In this document: positions 10,713 through 23,799 of the stretch, piece by piece
Layout of the letters: each line of letters starts with the position of its first letter
How positions within the stretch are numbered: position 1 is the stretch's first letter
Assembly: GCA_964252035.1 (NCBI GenBank)
Contig: OZ176216.1
Origin: Podarcis erhardii
Taxonomy: Eukaryota
Strand: one strand, 5' to 3'
Length of the DNA stretch: 64,000 bases
The notes under the pieces: generated by a model
Databases searched by the model: none
Seen by the model: only the letters and a program-made list of their open reading frames with translations
What the model was told of the DNA's origin: nothing
Translations under genes and position numbers: made by a program

Positions 10713-12684
10713 TGACCTGGAGATGCCTTTGGGGGTTGAACCTGGAGCCTGCTGCCTGCAAGACAGACGCTGTACGGCCCTCCCTAGCCTGCAGAGAAGA
10801 CGGTGAGCCCTTTGGGCACAGATGTCCTTGACCGTGGGCACCGGAGGCCTGGCCTGCGAGAGGGGATGCCTGCTGGCCAGGAGAAGGATCAAGGGGGAAG
10901 AAGCGTGCCCCACAAGCAGCACCAGCAGAGAGGCCCCCAGCACTCTCTGGGCCAAGAGGGAGGGGGTGAGGGGTGCTGGCCTGGCCCAGGTGGCTCCCTG
11001 TGGAGGCTGACTCAGAGCTGCCTGGGCTGGTGGGGAAAGGCAGCTCTGCTCTGCCTGGGAGAGAGGAAGTGCTTGCACTTCCCCTGCCCCCTCCAGCTGC
11101 CAGCTTCCTCTCTGCCACAGGGTAATCGGAGTCCCCTGGCGCATGGGCCATCAGCTGCCTCACCCCGCCGTGACCTCCCTGGCCTGACATTGCCCCCCAC
11201 CCGGCAGGAAGCAGGGAACAGGCTGCAATGGGGAGGGGGGAGGAGCTGCTCCCCCCCAACAAGCGTGGGTCTACCGGTGGGGGCAGAGAGCGAGCAAGAG
11301 GGGGTGTCTGTGGGACGCAGCTGAGGCGGGGAGGCCTCGGACGTGCCACAACTGGCCAGCAACCCACCTGGCCCGCCTTAAAGGGTTGGGGTATGGGAGC
11401 ACCCTCTGAGCATCCAAGTCTGGGCACGGGCCTTGCATGAAGGAGATGCCAGCGTCAATCCCCAACGGCATCTGTCAGCAGGGGAAAAAACCCACTCCTG
11501 TCTGAAAAGCCGCCCTGTGAAAGGGAGCCTAGAAACAGAGCTCAAAGGGAACCGTGTGGGGTGCTCAGGATGGAACTGGTGCTGCCAAGCTCCTCTGAGA
11601 GTCCACTCCCCTTCTGGATCACTCTGGGTTTTGGGCAGGGACTGTGGCCCACCAATTCTGCTGCTGGCCCTTTGTGGCTCATGGCTTCTCCCCCTCCGTC
11701 CTTGCGAGCTGAAGCCCAGCTCCTAAAGTTTCGATCCTGCAACTGGAAATGTTTCCCCTGCCCCACCCAGCGGACCTGACAGGAGACGGGTCTGGATGGG
11801 GGACAGAGGGCGGAGTGCTGACTGGAGATGCTGGCCTGGCAAGACAGCGTGGCTCGCCCTGGCCTACCTTGTGGTGCGGCTGTGAGGGTGCGAAGGACGA
11901 TAATGCACTCTTTGGCACCAGGTGCGTCATAAATCCCGCGACCGGGTTTGTGGGACATACGAACATGAGAAGAGGCTGCTGGATCACGCCAGTGGGAGCC
12001 CCTCTAGTGCAGCGTCCTCTTCCCAGAGTGATCACCCAGGTGCCTCTTGTGGGAATAACCTCCGTTCAAGGGGTTTCTCTGGGTCCAGGGAAGCGTTGGG
12101 GTGTTGCTGCAGAGAGAAGGCGGTGCTGGGAGAATCTGTGCATGGGGGGAAAGAGGTGGCAGGATCCGGCCAAGACTTGGGGCTTTGTGCCATACACCCC
12201 AGAGGCACAAACTTCCCCTGCAGCTCACGTTGCCTGGACCACCTCGAAAGGAGGCTTGATTTACTGATCGCCTCCCCTCTGTTAATTCCTGACACCTTTT
12301 GGCTGGCTTTCACAGTTTGTCTGAAGCGCTTGGGAGTGAGAGAGCCAGCACAGGGTTGACACCAGCCTTGACTGGGAAAGGTCAACCTTGCCAGCCCCTT
12401 GGCAGCAAAGCTCGGCAGCTGCAGCACAGGACCCGGTGGGGGCAGGAGATGAGGTGGGGCTCAGGAGAAGGCCCAAAAGCTCTCCTGGCAAGGAGCTGGT
12501 GAAAGTGGCTGCCAGAGCCTCCCTTCCTCCTTTGCTGGCAGAGGCTCCTCGGAGCACTTAACAGGTGATTAAAACATCAGGACAGGAGAGACCCTGAGCC
12601 AAGCACTCCACTTGGCCACATTTGCACACCAGGGGAAACTGGAGGCAGCCCCGTCTCTTTGCTCCCCTGACCATGCAGCTGCCC

Positions 12685-13008
12685 CTGTGGTTCCCAAAGT
12701 GGGTGGTGTCACCCCTTGGGGCAGTGCAGTTTCCTGGCAAGGGGGCAGCAGAAGGGCACTGGAGGTGCAAAGGACTGTCGGACTGGGAAAGCTGGTTTCA
12801 CTGCATCAATTTCACCCATTTTGTTGAATTAAGTTAAATAGTTCCAACCAGATTTTGAATAAATGTGCAACCAATTGTTCCTGTTATGAATTTCATTGTG
12901 TTCGGGAAGACCACTATGCTGAATAATGCTTTTTATAGGGTAGGGGGCTCTGGGGAGGAGTTTGTGGAAACAAGGGGGTGGGGGCCTGAAAAGGTTTGGG
13001 AACCACTG
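12685..13008. mobile_element. hAT-like non-autonomous element; a related right-end fragment lies at ~63640-63875
   Basis: Ends CTGTGGTTCCCAAA / TTTGGGAACCACTG. The interior (AAATAAATGTGCAA...CACTATGCTGAATAATGCTT) is shared with 63700-63800. No clean TSD. Confidence 0.65.
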
Positions 13009-13714
13009 AGCAATGGGCCTATTTGCCGCCCACTCCTGGCTGGAGGTCTGGCCCCTGAGGTCATGGCAGGCCATCGGGGCTCTGCGGCAGGAGTGGTGCA
13101 GGGGCTGGCAACCTGGCCACCCTGAGCTGCAGGGCTGGGCTGAATCCCACCTGCAGGAGGAGCACCAGGCAGCTGCTCTGTCCCTGGGGGAGGAGAACGT
13201 GGGTGCAAGCCTGGCAAAAGAGGTGGGCAGGATGATATGGGAAGCAGGAGAGCGGCCTCATCCCCACTGGAGCTCTGGCTCGCCCACTTCCAGGGCAAGT
13301 CCCTGCCAGAGAGGGCACCAGAAGGTGCAGGCTCAGCAGAAGGGGTGGAGGCGTGGCATTTGGGGGCAGCGTTGCGCTGAGCTACCAACAAGTCATCAAA
13401 ATGCTGTTCTGCAAAAAAAGGCTGAATCCTCTGCAACCGTTTTCGAGTCACGCAAACAAAGCAGCGCTTGCACAATATGCAATGGTGGGGGAAGGCCAAA
13501 GAGCCACTGCAGGCAAGCACAGGCTCCCCAGCCCAGCCACAAAAGCCTCGCTGTTTTCCACGACTGTGGTGGCTGCTGTCCACATGCTGTCAAACCTCAT
13601 TGGCAGACTCAAACAAACCCAAGCTTCTAATTCTGCTGCTGCCAAAACCTGAAACAGATGCAGAATCCTGCAGTGGCAGGAAGTGCTTGCGGCAGCCATG
13701 GAGCAGCACCCACC

Positions 13715-14075
13715 TAAGAAGAAAGAGCCTGCTGGATCAGGCCAGTGGCCCATCTAGTCCAGCATCCTGTTCTCGCAGGGGCCGACCAGATGCCTGGGAG
13801 AAACCTGCAAGCAGGATTCGAACACAGGAGCCTTCTCCCCTCCTGCCTGCTGTTTTCAGCAACTGGCATTCAGTAGCATCGCTGCCTCTGACTGTGCAGA
13901 GCTGAGCCCTGGGGGCTACTAGCCTCCTCCAGGAATGTGTCTACTCCTCTCTGAAAGCCATTCAAGTTGGTGGCCATCTTTGCCTCCTGAGGGAGCGAGT
14001 TCCGCAGTTTAACTGTGCACTGCATGAAGAAGGACTTTCTTCTATCTGTCCCAAATCTTGCAACTATGGACAACC
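13715..14075 (-). mobile_element. CR1 3' fragment
   Basis: Peptide RFGTDRRKSFFMQCTVKLRNSLPQEAKMATNLNGFQRGVDTFLE, followed by the 3' UTR. Confidence 0.85.
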
Positions 14076-16244
14076 TCGGCAGAACAGGAAGAGTCAAGGG
14101 TGACCTGGGGAGGCTTTACAAGGGCAGAGAGAGAGAGAGACTGAGGGAGCTTTCACTTCCTGTCCGGACACCACAAAAGCGCCTCCCTGCTGCTTCAGCC
14201 TTGGGCGAGCGGCAGGTCTTAATCTGGGCACTTGCTCTGCCTCCCTCCTATTCACAGGCGCTGGGACGTGTCTTTTTCAAGGGCTGAACGCCTTCCGAAG
14301 GTGGCCGGGGCCTGTCCAGGGGCCTGGATCCATCCTTTCTGCGCCTGTTCTTCCTCCTCCCTAGTTCCTCCGGAGGAGGAGAGGGTCGGAGGGGAGGAAG
14401 CCCCCGTCCTTCCCCTCCCTCCCCTCCACGCCCTCAACATGATCTAGCTCTTGGCGGAACCGCTGGCCAGACATTACCAGTGCTGGTGGAGCAGGAGCAG
14501 GAGCGTTCCAAGGAGTTGCTGCAGGGACCCAGAGAGGAGGAGGCGGGGGCACCAGGAGGGTGGGGGGAGCAGGCCAGAGAAACGGGGAGAGGCTCAGCTC
14601 TGGGAGTTCAAGGCAGGGTTGATGGGCTCTCTCGCTGGCTCTCTGGCTCGAGAGGGACATCCCACATTTCAGGGAGCTGCGACTCCGCAATCCATCTCAA
14701 ATCTGCAGAGAGCCCAGCTGGGCAGGCACCTCTCCACGTCCTCTTCCCCCCGCCCTGCACCTTCAACAACAAATCTCAAGCCTTGATCGGAGTTAGCTCA
14801 GCGTTTCCGAGCCTCTGACAGGAGATGGGAGGTGGGGATGGGCCACAGCTGGCCAGCTGCAAACCTGGGCGTAGTTTGTTCCGCTGCCCGTGGGCCAGGC
14901 AAGACCTCTCTTTCTCTCTCTTTCCAGATGAGGCTTCTCCTACCGGCTGCCTCCCCAGGCAGGTCCTCCTGCCAGCAAAGAGCAGGAAAGATTTTCCAGC
15001 CCATTGTCTTATCCGCCCCAAGATGCACATTTCTCCCCACTCACTGCTGCCAGCTGCGTCTCTTCCCCAGGCACGGGGTGTCCTGGAAAGAGAGATACTT
15101 GCCACAAAGGAGGACGGGGGGGGGAATGTTCTGCAACCCTGCTCTTCTCCATGTCACCCCACAACAGGGCACCCCGGATGAAGGGGTGGGGAGGCAGCAA
15201 TGCTACCAAATGCCAACTGCTGGAAACTACAGGAGCGGAAAGGGCTCTGCCTGTGGGTTTTCCATTCAGGCATCTGGTTGGCCATTGTGAGAGCAGGATG
15301 TTGGACTAGGCAGGCCACTGGCAAGGTCCAGAGAGCGACCACCGAACCAGGCTAAAGCCCCATCTTGGAGGGACTATTGTGGGGCAGATCTGTGGAGCCA
15401 GAAGGAGCCAAGCGTGCCACCCTGGCCCTGAGAGAAAGGTGCCCCCAAGCATCCCCGGCGGACGTCCTTTGAGGAGGGAACTGTGGCTCAGGGGTAAGGC
15501 ACCCTCCTCTCCTCCCACCCCAACGAAGAGGGACTCTACCTCCATGTAGAAGGGTGTGAAAAAGGGAGCCTTTGCCAGGAGGAAGAAGAGGCGCTCACTC
15601 CTGGCTTGACAGCTCATTCATTACACCAGGGAGAACCAGCAGCAGCAGCAGCAGCAGTGCCATAGAGCAAGTCCTTGCACGAAGCCCAGGGAAGAAAGTG
15701 GGGTGGGGGGCTGTAAGGGTGCTGAAAATAAATAACAGAACCATAGAGTTGGAAGGGATCCCCAAGGGTCATCTAGTCCAGCCCCCTGCCATCACAGCTA
15801 AAGATTCACAGAATTGGAAGGGGGTTCCTGCAGGGGTTGGGGCTGCTCTGGGTTGCTTCTGCCCCTGGGAGAGAGAGACAGTTCCCCTGGATGTAGGAGG
15901 GAGCCTCCATCCCTCCCCAGGCCCAACCTGCAGATGCCACTGGAGGACTGAGCCTGGGACCTACTTCTGCATGCCAAGCAGGAGTACTCTGCGGCACTTT
16001 CCTGCACCCTACACCCCAATTCACCTTGAATCTTGGGGGAGAGGCGTTACCAGAAACCATTTCCTTTTCCAGAAGCCACCCACAGGAAGGGAGGAATTTG
16101 GAGGACAAACCGGGTCACAGTCCTGGATGCTCTGGGTGGGCTCACGAGCGTTGCCACAAATGGCGCTGGGAGTTCCCACTTTCTACAGCTCATGTTAATA
16201 ATATTCTGGAGAGGGAGGGAGGTCAGGTGTTGGTTCAGAGTCTG

Positions 16245-16585
16245 CGGGGTCAGGTCAATGGCCCACCTGGTCCAGCATCCTTTTCTCATGGATGGCAGCC
16301 AACCAGATGCCCCAAAGGGAAACTCACAAGCAGGATCTGAGCCCAAGAGGCGCACTCTCTCCTCCTGAGGTTTCCAGCCACTGGCACTCAGAAGCATTGC
16401 TGCCTCTGACTGGGCAGTCAGAGCAGAGCCGCCACAGCGAGTGAATATCAACAGCCCTCTCCTCCTCCATGAATATCTCCAATCCTCTTTAAAGCCATTC
16501 AGACTGGTGGCTATGACTGTTTCTTGTGGGAGGGAGTTCCACAGTTTGTCTGTGCCGCGTGAAGCAGTCCTTTATCTGACCGGAA
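16245..16585 (-). mobile_element. CR1 3' fragment
   Basis: Similar to 13715-14075. Confidence 0.78.
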
Positions 16586-18849
16586 TTTGCTCAGAGGAAA
16601 GCTGAGGAGGTTTGGGCCCAGGGCCTGTAGTAAGCCCTGTCCCCCTCCTCCTCCTCCATGCTGACAGGGTTGTTCCCCCCAGCAAGAGGCCAGCCCTCAT
16701 GGAGGTGCAGGCTTCTCCCTCTCTGCAGAGGGAAGCTCACACCTTCTGCCTGGAGGGATGCCTCTCTCTTCCCCCAGCTGCCTCCTGGTGACCCTGCTCT
16801 TGACACCCCGGCAACCAGGTGCAAATATTTCCCCACCAAGCCAGAGGCTCTGCTTTTCTCCCCTCGGGAGGCTCCTTGATGTAGATCCAAGGGAGGTGAG
16901 GACATCAAAGGGACTGTGCAGGTTCCCTCAAGAGAATCAGAGGGGGACTCACGCCAGCTTTCAAATGCAAATTTGCTCCAATTTCAGTACTTTTTAAAAA
17001 AAGCAAACCCCAAACCAGCACCACCACCAACTTATAGATGCTGCTGGAGTCTAAAGGAACGCAAGCTTGCCTGGAGGCACCTCTTTTGAGACAAAGCTGT
17101 GCAAACTCTCAGGAGGGGTCATCCGAATGGCGGGTGTTGGGCACCTTCGCCCACCCTATGCAGACCTCGTCCAACTTGCCCATTGCACAATTGTAAAGCT
17201 TGCTGCCCCTGGATATACTGTCAATGCTGTAAGGGGACGTATTATAAACGAATAGTAACATTTCATGTCCCCAGCCCAAGAGCATTCTCCCCTTCTGTAG
17301 CTTCTGTAAGAAGAGCTTGCTGGTTCAGGCCCATTGAGTCTGGCATCCTGTTCTCAGAGGATTATGAGGACTAGGAACTTGCCTCTTAAAAACAGCCCAA
17401 GAGGAGCCTGCTGGGTCAAGCCAATGGCCCATCTTGTCCAGCATCCTGTTTTCACTGTGGACAAGCAGATGCTCGTTATGGGAAACCTGCAAGCACGATT
17501 GGAGCACAAGGGCAACTCTCTGCTCCTGTGGTTTCCAGCAACTGGTATTCAGAATGGTTCTGCCACCCTCAGAGACGTGGGGAACGCCAGCCTAGGAGAG
17601 GGGCTTTCTCTGCAGGACCCCCTAAATTCTGGAAGTCCCTCTCTGCAGAGATCTACCTAACCATTGGTGGTTGGACCTTCTGAGGGACTCAACTCTATGG
17701 GTGCAATTTAGATGCCGCTCTAATCTATTTCGCTTGTTCTTTAATTGTAACGGCTGCATGAACGTTTTGGTAATTGCATAATTATAGGGTTGAAACCTGC
17801 CCCGGGACCTTATGGTAAGAAATCCTATTAGCAAACAAATGTATTTGGATGGAGGTTAAGTGCTGCTGTTGAAAAGCCACCTCAGGTGACTCTGCAACCT
17901 GGAGGCTGCAGGCAGGGAGTCTGCAGCAGGGGCAGCCAATGGGGCGCCCTCCGGGACTACAACTCCCAACTCCATCCCTGCCCACTGGCCGTGCTGCCTG
18001 CCAGGGCTGGTTGCCCACTCTGGAGGCTGACAGTACAGTCATGCAGTGCACACCCCACTCCAAGGCACCTCCAGAGGTCTTCTGTCCAGCAGATGCAGAG
18101 GCCGGTGGTCGGGATGGGCAGAAGAGGGGAAGCCGGGACGTCCCACACACTGTCCAAAGTTGCCCAGGCAGTTACTCTGGGCAGGAAGTTGGCCCTGCCT
18201 TGAGCCTCCAAAGAGGCCTGGCTTGCAAGCCCCCAAACCACCTGCTTCCTGCTGGAAGGAGCAGGGAGGGGGTGGTCCTGATCCTTGTGCCCTCCTCCAA
18301 AAGCATAGGTGGGGTGCTCCATCCCTTCTGGAGAGAAGCTGCATCCCCAACCTTGAGCACATGCCCCCCACAATTGTGGCCACTCCATCAGCTCTCCTGG
18401 AGGTGGGGGCACCTCCGGCTGTGCCTTCCCAGCTCGGCCCTCGGATCCTTGCCACGGAGCCACATATTTCTTTAATTTGATGTTAATTATCTCCTCGGAA
18501 TTACCGTACGCAGCCTCTCTCTGGGGATCTGAGGCAATTAAGGGGAGATAAATTTCGTTCCGCGGAGCGAGCTGTCAAGCGGATGAAGCAATTCCATTCC
18601 CCCATTTGAAGTGGGAGCTCTGGGTCATGCCTGGTTTATTTGAAACGGTGCCATCACCTCAAGCGGCTGATCTTATCTCGCGCCTCCCCCCCCCCAACGG
18701 CAGGGGCACTGCCGCAAGTGATGACACCTGGCCGGCCGCCAGCTCCTCCCAAGATGCAGCTGACACAAGAGGGGCCGCTGGGTGCTCTGATCCAAAGGAG
18801 ATTGGGGGGTGGGAGGAGCGCTGGGAAGGCTCAGGGCCTGAGTAAGAAA

Positions 18850-19375
18850 GAGTCTGCTGGATCAGGGCAGTGGCCCACTGAGCCCAGCCTCCTGTCCTCA
18901 CAGGGGCCAGCCAGATATATGCCTGGGAATCTGTGAGCAGGACCAGAGCCCCAGAGCCCTCTTCCCTCCTGGGGTTTCCAGCGACTGGTTTCTGAAGCAT
19001 GGCTGCCTCCAACCATGGTGGCAAAGCCTAGGCACAATGGCCAGTAGCCATCAATAGTCCTCTTGTCCTCCATGAATTTGTCGAATGCCATCCCAGTTGG
19101 TGGCCATCCCTGCCTCCTGTGGCAGGGAGTTCCACAGATTAACCGTGCCCTGCTGCATGAGGAATCTCTTCCTTCTATCTGTCCTGAATGTTCCAACTTT
19201 CCGCTCCTTGGATTTTCGCAAGTTATGAGAAGAGCAAAACTTTCCCCTGCCACTTTCCTCATGCCGGGCATAATTCAATGCACTTCTGTCATGTCAGCTC
19301 TTGCCTTTTCTCTAAATTAAAAAGTTGACCTTTCCTCCCAGGGGAACCGCTACATCCCCTTGATAGTTTCAGTTG
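18850..19375 (-). mobile_element. CR1 3' fragment
   Basis: Peptide VGTFRTDRRKRFLMQQGTVNLWNSLPQEAGMATNWDG, followed by the 3' UTR. Confidence 0.82.
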
Positions 19376-21759
19376 CTTTTTTCCTGAACCGTCTCCTTGG
19401 AGGTTTTTAAGCAGCAGGTGGATGGCCCTCTGTTTTGGATGCTTCAGCTGAGATTCCCTTCCAACTCTATGATTCTTTGATTCTGTGAGTGGCCAAGCAG
19501 ACGACCCAACAGGAAGCCCGAGAGCCATCAGGACCAGAGCTTAAGAGAAGGGCTCTCCTGCTAGGGATTCCCCAGTAACAAGGATTCAGAGGAATGAGGC
19601 CTCTGGTGCTGGAGACAGTATGCAGACAGCACAAGAAGAGCCTGGCTGCTGGATCAGGCCAAAGAGGGCCCATCTAATCCACCATCGCCATGGCCAACGA
19701 GATTCCCCCATGGGAAGCCCGCAAGCAAGCAGGACCTGAGCGCAACAGCAGTCCCCACTTGGGTGTCCCAGAGGCATTTACATCATCTGGTGCTGGAGGG
19801 AGAAGAGAGCCCTTGTGGTCACTGAGAGCCTTCCTCACCTCCATGAGTTTGCCTGGGGATCGGCCCTCTGTGAAGGATGCCTAAAGGCCTTTGGAAGGGA
19901 AGTCGATCCCTTGGCTCCTTTGCTCCCAGTCATAGGGAGGCCTACAAGGAGGGTGAGTGTCTGAGCAGTGCCTAATCCTCCTCCTCTCCACCTGCCCCTC
20001 ACTGGTGCTCACGGCCCCTCCCCTTTCACCACTCCATTAAGCACTCTGGGATCCCCTAATGATCTTTCCAGAGGACCAACAGCCCCTGGAAGGGAGAGGG
20101 CAGAAAAGCTGCTGAGTCCAACATCATTCTTGGCCAAGAGGCTTGCTGGGATCCAAGCTGGCAAGGTGAGCGAGCTTTCGTGGGGTGGGATGCCACACTT
20201 TGCTAGTCCTCAATGACACACCCTCCTGCCAGATTAATGTCAGCTTGGGCACCCATATGTCCCCAGTTGCTTCTATTTAAAGACACCTGAGTTTGAAGTT
20301 TCAATCTGTATATACCTGCAGAGCCTCTCCACCTGCCTTGCGGAAAGCAGGACCAGAGTACCAGAGCCCTCTTCCCTTGGCTTCCTCTTTTTCTTGAAAT
20401 CTTTCCATTCCAGCTGGCCATGACATAAATTCTGTAACTTTAAGGCACAGTGCCTGGTGCCTGCTTTTTCCCTCCTCCCTTCCGACAGCTTTTCCTTTCA
20501 TGCTGTGACTTTTTAGATTGTAAGCCTGAGCGGAGGGACCATCTTATCACTGACATCTGCAAGGTTGCTCTGGTGGTTTCTATGAAGTAATGTGCATTTG
20601 TTGCCTGATTAACCAGGGGCGCCTTTTCAAAAGCGCATTATGGGGCTTTTGTTTTAGATTAAGCAACTGAACATCCCAGCCCTACAGTGTTCCCTCTGTA
20701 TGCTACTATGCTAATAGCAACCTGCCCTTACGTGGCCAAGACAGGACCAGCCAAAGTGAAGAGGGAGGGGGGATGTCAGCAGGCTCAGACAGACCAAGGC
20801 TTGCAGAGGTACCAAAGCCAACAGAATTTCCCATAAGAGGCATCTGGTTGGCCACTGTGAGGACAGAATGCTGGCCTAGATGGGCTCCCTTTGGCCTGAT
20901 CCAGAAGCTAGACTCTTCTTTGGTTCTTAAGAAGTCAGCAGGTGAGGCTCTGGAGAGCCACCGCAAGGCTGGGATAGAAAGAGGAGCCCACAGCCTGCAA
21001 GGTGAGCAAACTGGAGGGGGATTCAGCCCCTCCTCTCCACCCCCCAATTCCTCACAGTGCAAGGGGGCTCTTCCTCGTGGGCGCATGCCTGGCTGGGTGC
21101 CCCCTGGCAGGCACCCAGCCTTGTGTCATCGCACCTGGGTGCAAGAAGCACTCTGTTGCCGCTGGGCCGTTTCCTCACCCCCTCCCCGTCATCTTCCCGT
21201 CTTTCTACCTGCACAGCTGTTTCCTTCCTGGAGGCTGGAGCAGACCCCCCCCCCGCCTCAGTGGGACGCGAGAGGCTTCTGTAGGTGCTTGGGAACAAGA
21301 CGGAACAGAAATCGCTTCACACCTGGCTCCGAAATTACAGAACGCTGGCGCCTGGCCAACGCAAGCCTGGCAGAGCCCCAGCTCCAGCGGACATCAATTA
21401 CGAGGGGCCGACAGAGCCTCTGCTTCCCGCAAATCTGGGGCGCCCCAGAAAGGGAACCTTCGGCAGCCGCCCGAGACTTCCAGGTGGGAGCCTTTTCCCT
21501 CGGATTCCGCACCCGAGATTTATGGCTCAGTTCAGTCTGCCCCCCCCCCCAATCCTAGCTCCTCTTTCCCCTCCAAGTCAGAGGCGCTCCTGCGGGTTTT
21601 CTCCAGGGCTCGCCTCTCCTTTGTCTCAATGCAAGGCTGGCCTCAGATTTTAAAAATTTAATTTTCATAGAATCACAGAATAGTCGAGTTGGAAAGTATT
21701 TCAAGGGACATCCAGGACCACCGCCTGCAATGCAGGAATCTCAGCTAAAACATCCATGA

Positions 21760-22255
21760 TTTTGATGGAAATGATAAATATTACAAAACAAACGATTGTT
21801 TGTCATCCAGAATTAATATTGCTGAACACTGTCAAAAGAATTGACCTCGGCAGCTGAAACAGTCATTGCAACTCAACAGAAAACAGCCCAAAATCTTATA
21901 TTTGGTACCCTCTGGAACAAAGCTGGAATGGAGAAAATTAGGCACACTTTGAGTTTTTGAGAAAGGCTAGAACCTCTAGATGCTTTGAATATGGTTTGAA
22001 ATTCCATTGTTACATATACAAAGGAAGTATCACTTTCAAGACAACTCTTGGTCCAAGCCTGGCAAATCTAGAAGATCAGACAAAACTGATATTCTTTACT
22101 TGGGACTGTGCAATTTTCACCCATGTGCAACTGTACTCATTCAAAGTGCCTGTTTCATAGTTTTGTTTTTCATTTTTTCATCTTTACCCGTTGTTGTAAC
22201 TGTTCTCTGTCTTATATACATTATATAAATAAATTAAAGCTTTACAAAAAAATAA
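21760..22255 (+). mobile_element. Probable L1/Tx1-clade LINE 3' end (degraded)
   Basis: AT-rich island. 21841-21960 translates as LTSAAETVIA...LWNKAGMEKI, similar to the ORF2 C-terminus of non-mammalian L1s. AATAAA at 22228 is followed by an A-rich tail. Confidence 0.5.
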
Positions 22256-23229
22256 GGTTCCACTTGCCACAAGTCGCCCCTTGCTGAGTGCACAAGAAGT
22301 ATTTGCCGGGGGTGTCATCCTGCCTCCCCCAAGCCAAAAGCAGAGGCAGCGCACTCAGAGGCTGCAGCATTCCCTGTAAGGGATATCTGCATCACAGAGG
22401 CAGAAAGGGCACCCCAGAGTTCATTTAGTCCAACCCGCTGCTGGAGAGAGGGACCATATGCAAGGCGCTTTACAAGCCGCAGAAACAACAAAATACATAA
22501 CACAGGTTGTGTACCAGTCTGATCCAACTAAGACATAATTAAAAAATGTAACATTAAAATAAACAACTTCATATCAAATAAATGTAATATTCCATAATCC
22601 ATTCAGGATATAATATTGCACAGGCCAAAAAATAAAAGCAGAGAGAGAGGAACTCTTGCTTCCACCCTGGATCTGAAGGAGGCCACCCCAGCCCTGGGCG
22701 CATTGCTTGCGACTGCACAACAAAAGGGGCCTGGTGCACGAAAAGGAGACCCCCCCTCCGTTGCCCCCCGTAGCAGATACAGCAGGCGAAACAGGCTGCT
22801 GCAAGGATATAGGGAGGGGGAGGGGGGAACTCTCCTCTCTGGCTGGTCCTGCAAATGAGAAAAACACAGCCTGGTTTCTGCTGGGGGCCTTTGCTGGGAC
22901 CTTGGGGTGGGTGGGGAGGGGCTCCTGGCCTTTTTTATTATGGGTATTTAAAAACCTCTCTTTCCTTTATTCTTCCTTTTTTTTTTTTGCTATTGACATG
23001 TGACATGCTTAGGGGATGGTTCGGGTTTCAAGACCCCCTGTGCTCCAGTGTGCAAAAGGCATTAGCCCTTCTCGTTCCCCCGCACCTTGCCAGCTGGACT
23101 CTCGGTAGCCAAAGCCAGAGGTCTGCAGCCCAGAACGGGGCAGCCGCCACTGGCCTAGCCTCCTGCCCAAAGACTAGGATTCGAGGGGTAAAGCTCTTGG
23201 GGGCAGCCTCTTTTTTTTTTACGTACAGA

Positions 23230-23545
23230 AGGCAGGGACATGGGATGAAGTTGAGAGCTGGAAGATTCAGGGCAGATGAAAGCAAGTCCTTCTTCATGAG
23301 CTATGGACCTCTCTTCCACAGGAGGCAGAGATGGCCACCCGCTTGGGTGGCATTATAAGAGGATTGGACAAATCCATGGAGGAGGATAAAACTATTGATG
23401 GTTATTCACTCTAATGGCTCTGCTCCGATTCCACGGTCACAGGCGGTGATGCTTTTCAGTCTCAGGGTTTGCCTTTAGGGCATCTCATGAGTGAGAAGAG
23501 GGTGCTGGGCTTGATCCAGCAGGCTCTCCTTTTGTTCCTATCCAA
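23230..23545 (+). mobile_element. CR1 3' fragment (part of a duplicated block, see findings)
   Basis: Peptide GHGMKLRAGRFRADESKSFF; 3' UTR with an internal deletion. Confidence 0.78.
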
Positions 23546-23799
23546 GGTCCAAAGAGGAGAGCTCCCAACCCCAACTCAGGAGGTGTCATCTTCATAGGAC
23601 ATGGGTGCTAAGAGAGGCCTTGATTTGGGGCCAAGGGAGGCCAGTGTTGGCAGGCTGTGCAGGGTCCAGAATTGCACCAAACCAATGCAGAAATACCACA
23701 AGAGGCGAAGAGGGACTGCTCTTGCGCTCAAGTCCTGCTTGAGGGTTTCCTATTGGGGAATCTGGTTTGCTGATATGAGAACAATATGCTGGAGGAGAT

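Noticed and set aside
15604-15615. Identical 12-mer GCTTGACAGCTC here and on the minus strand at ~18569-18580
   Set aside because: Hundreds of 12-mer matches are expected by chance in 64 kb, so this is not evidence of duplication.
20612-20626. CTCF-like motifs (ACCAGGGGCGCC; AAAGGTGGCGCT near 38485)
   Set aside because: Only partial matches to the consensus, which cannot be supported without PWM scoring or ChIP data.
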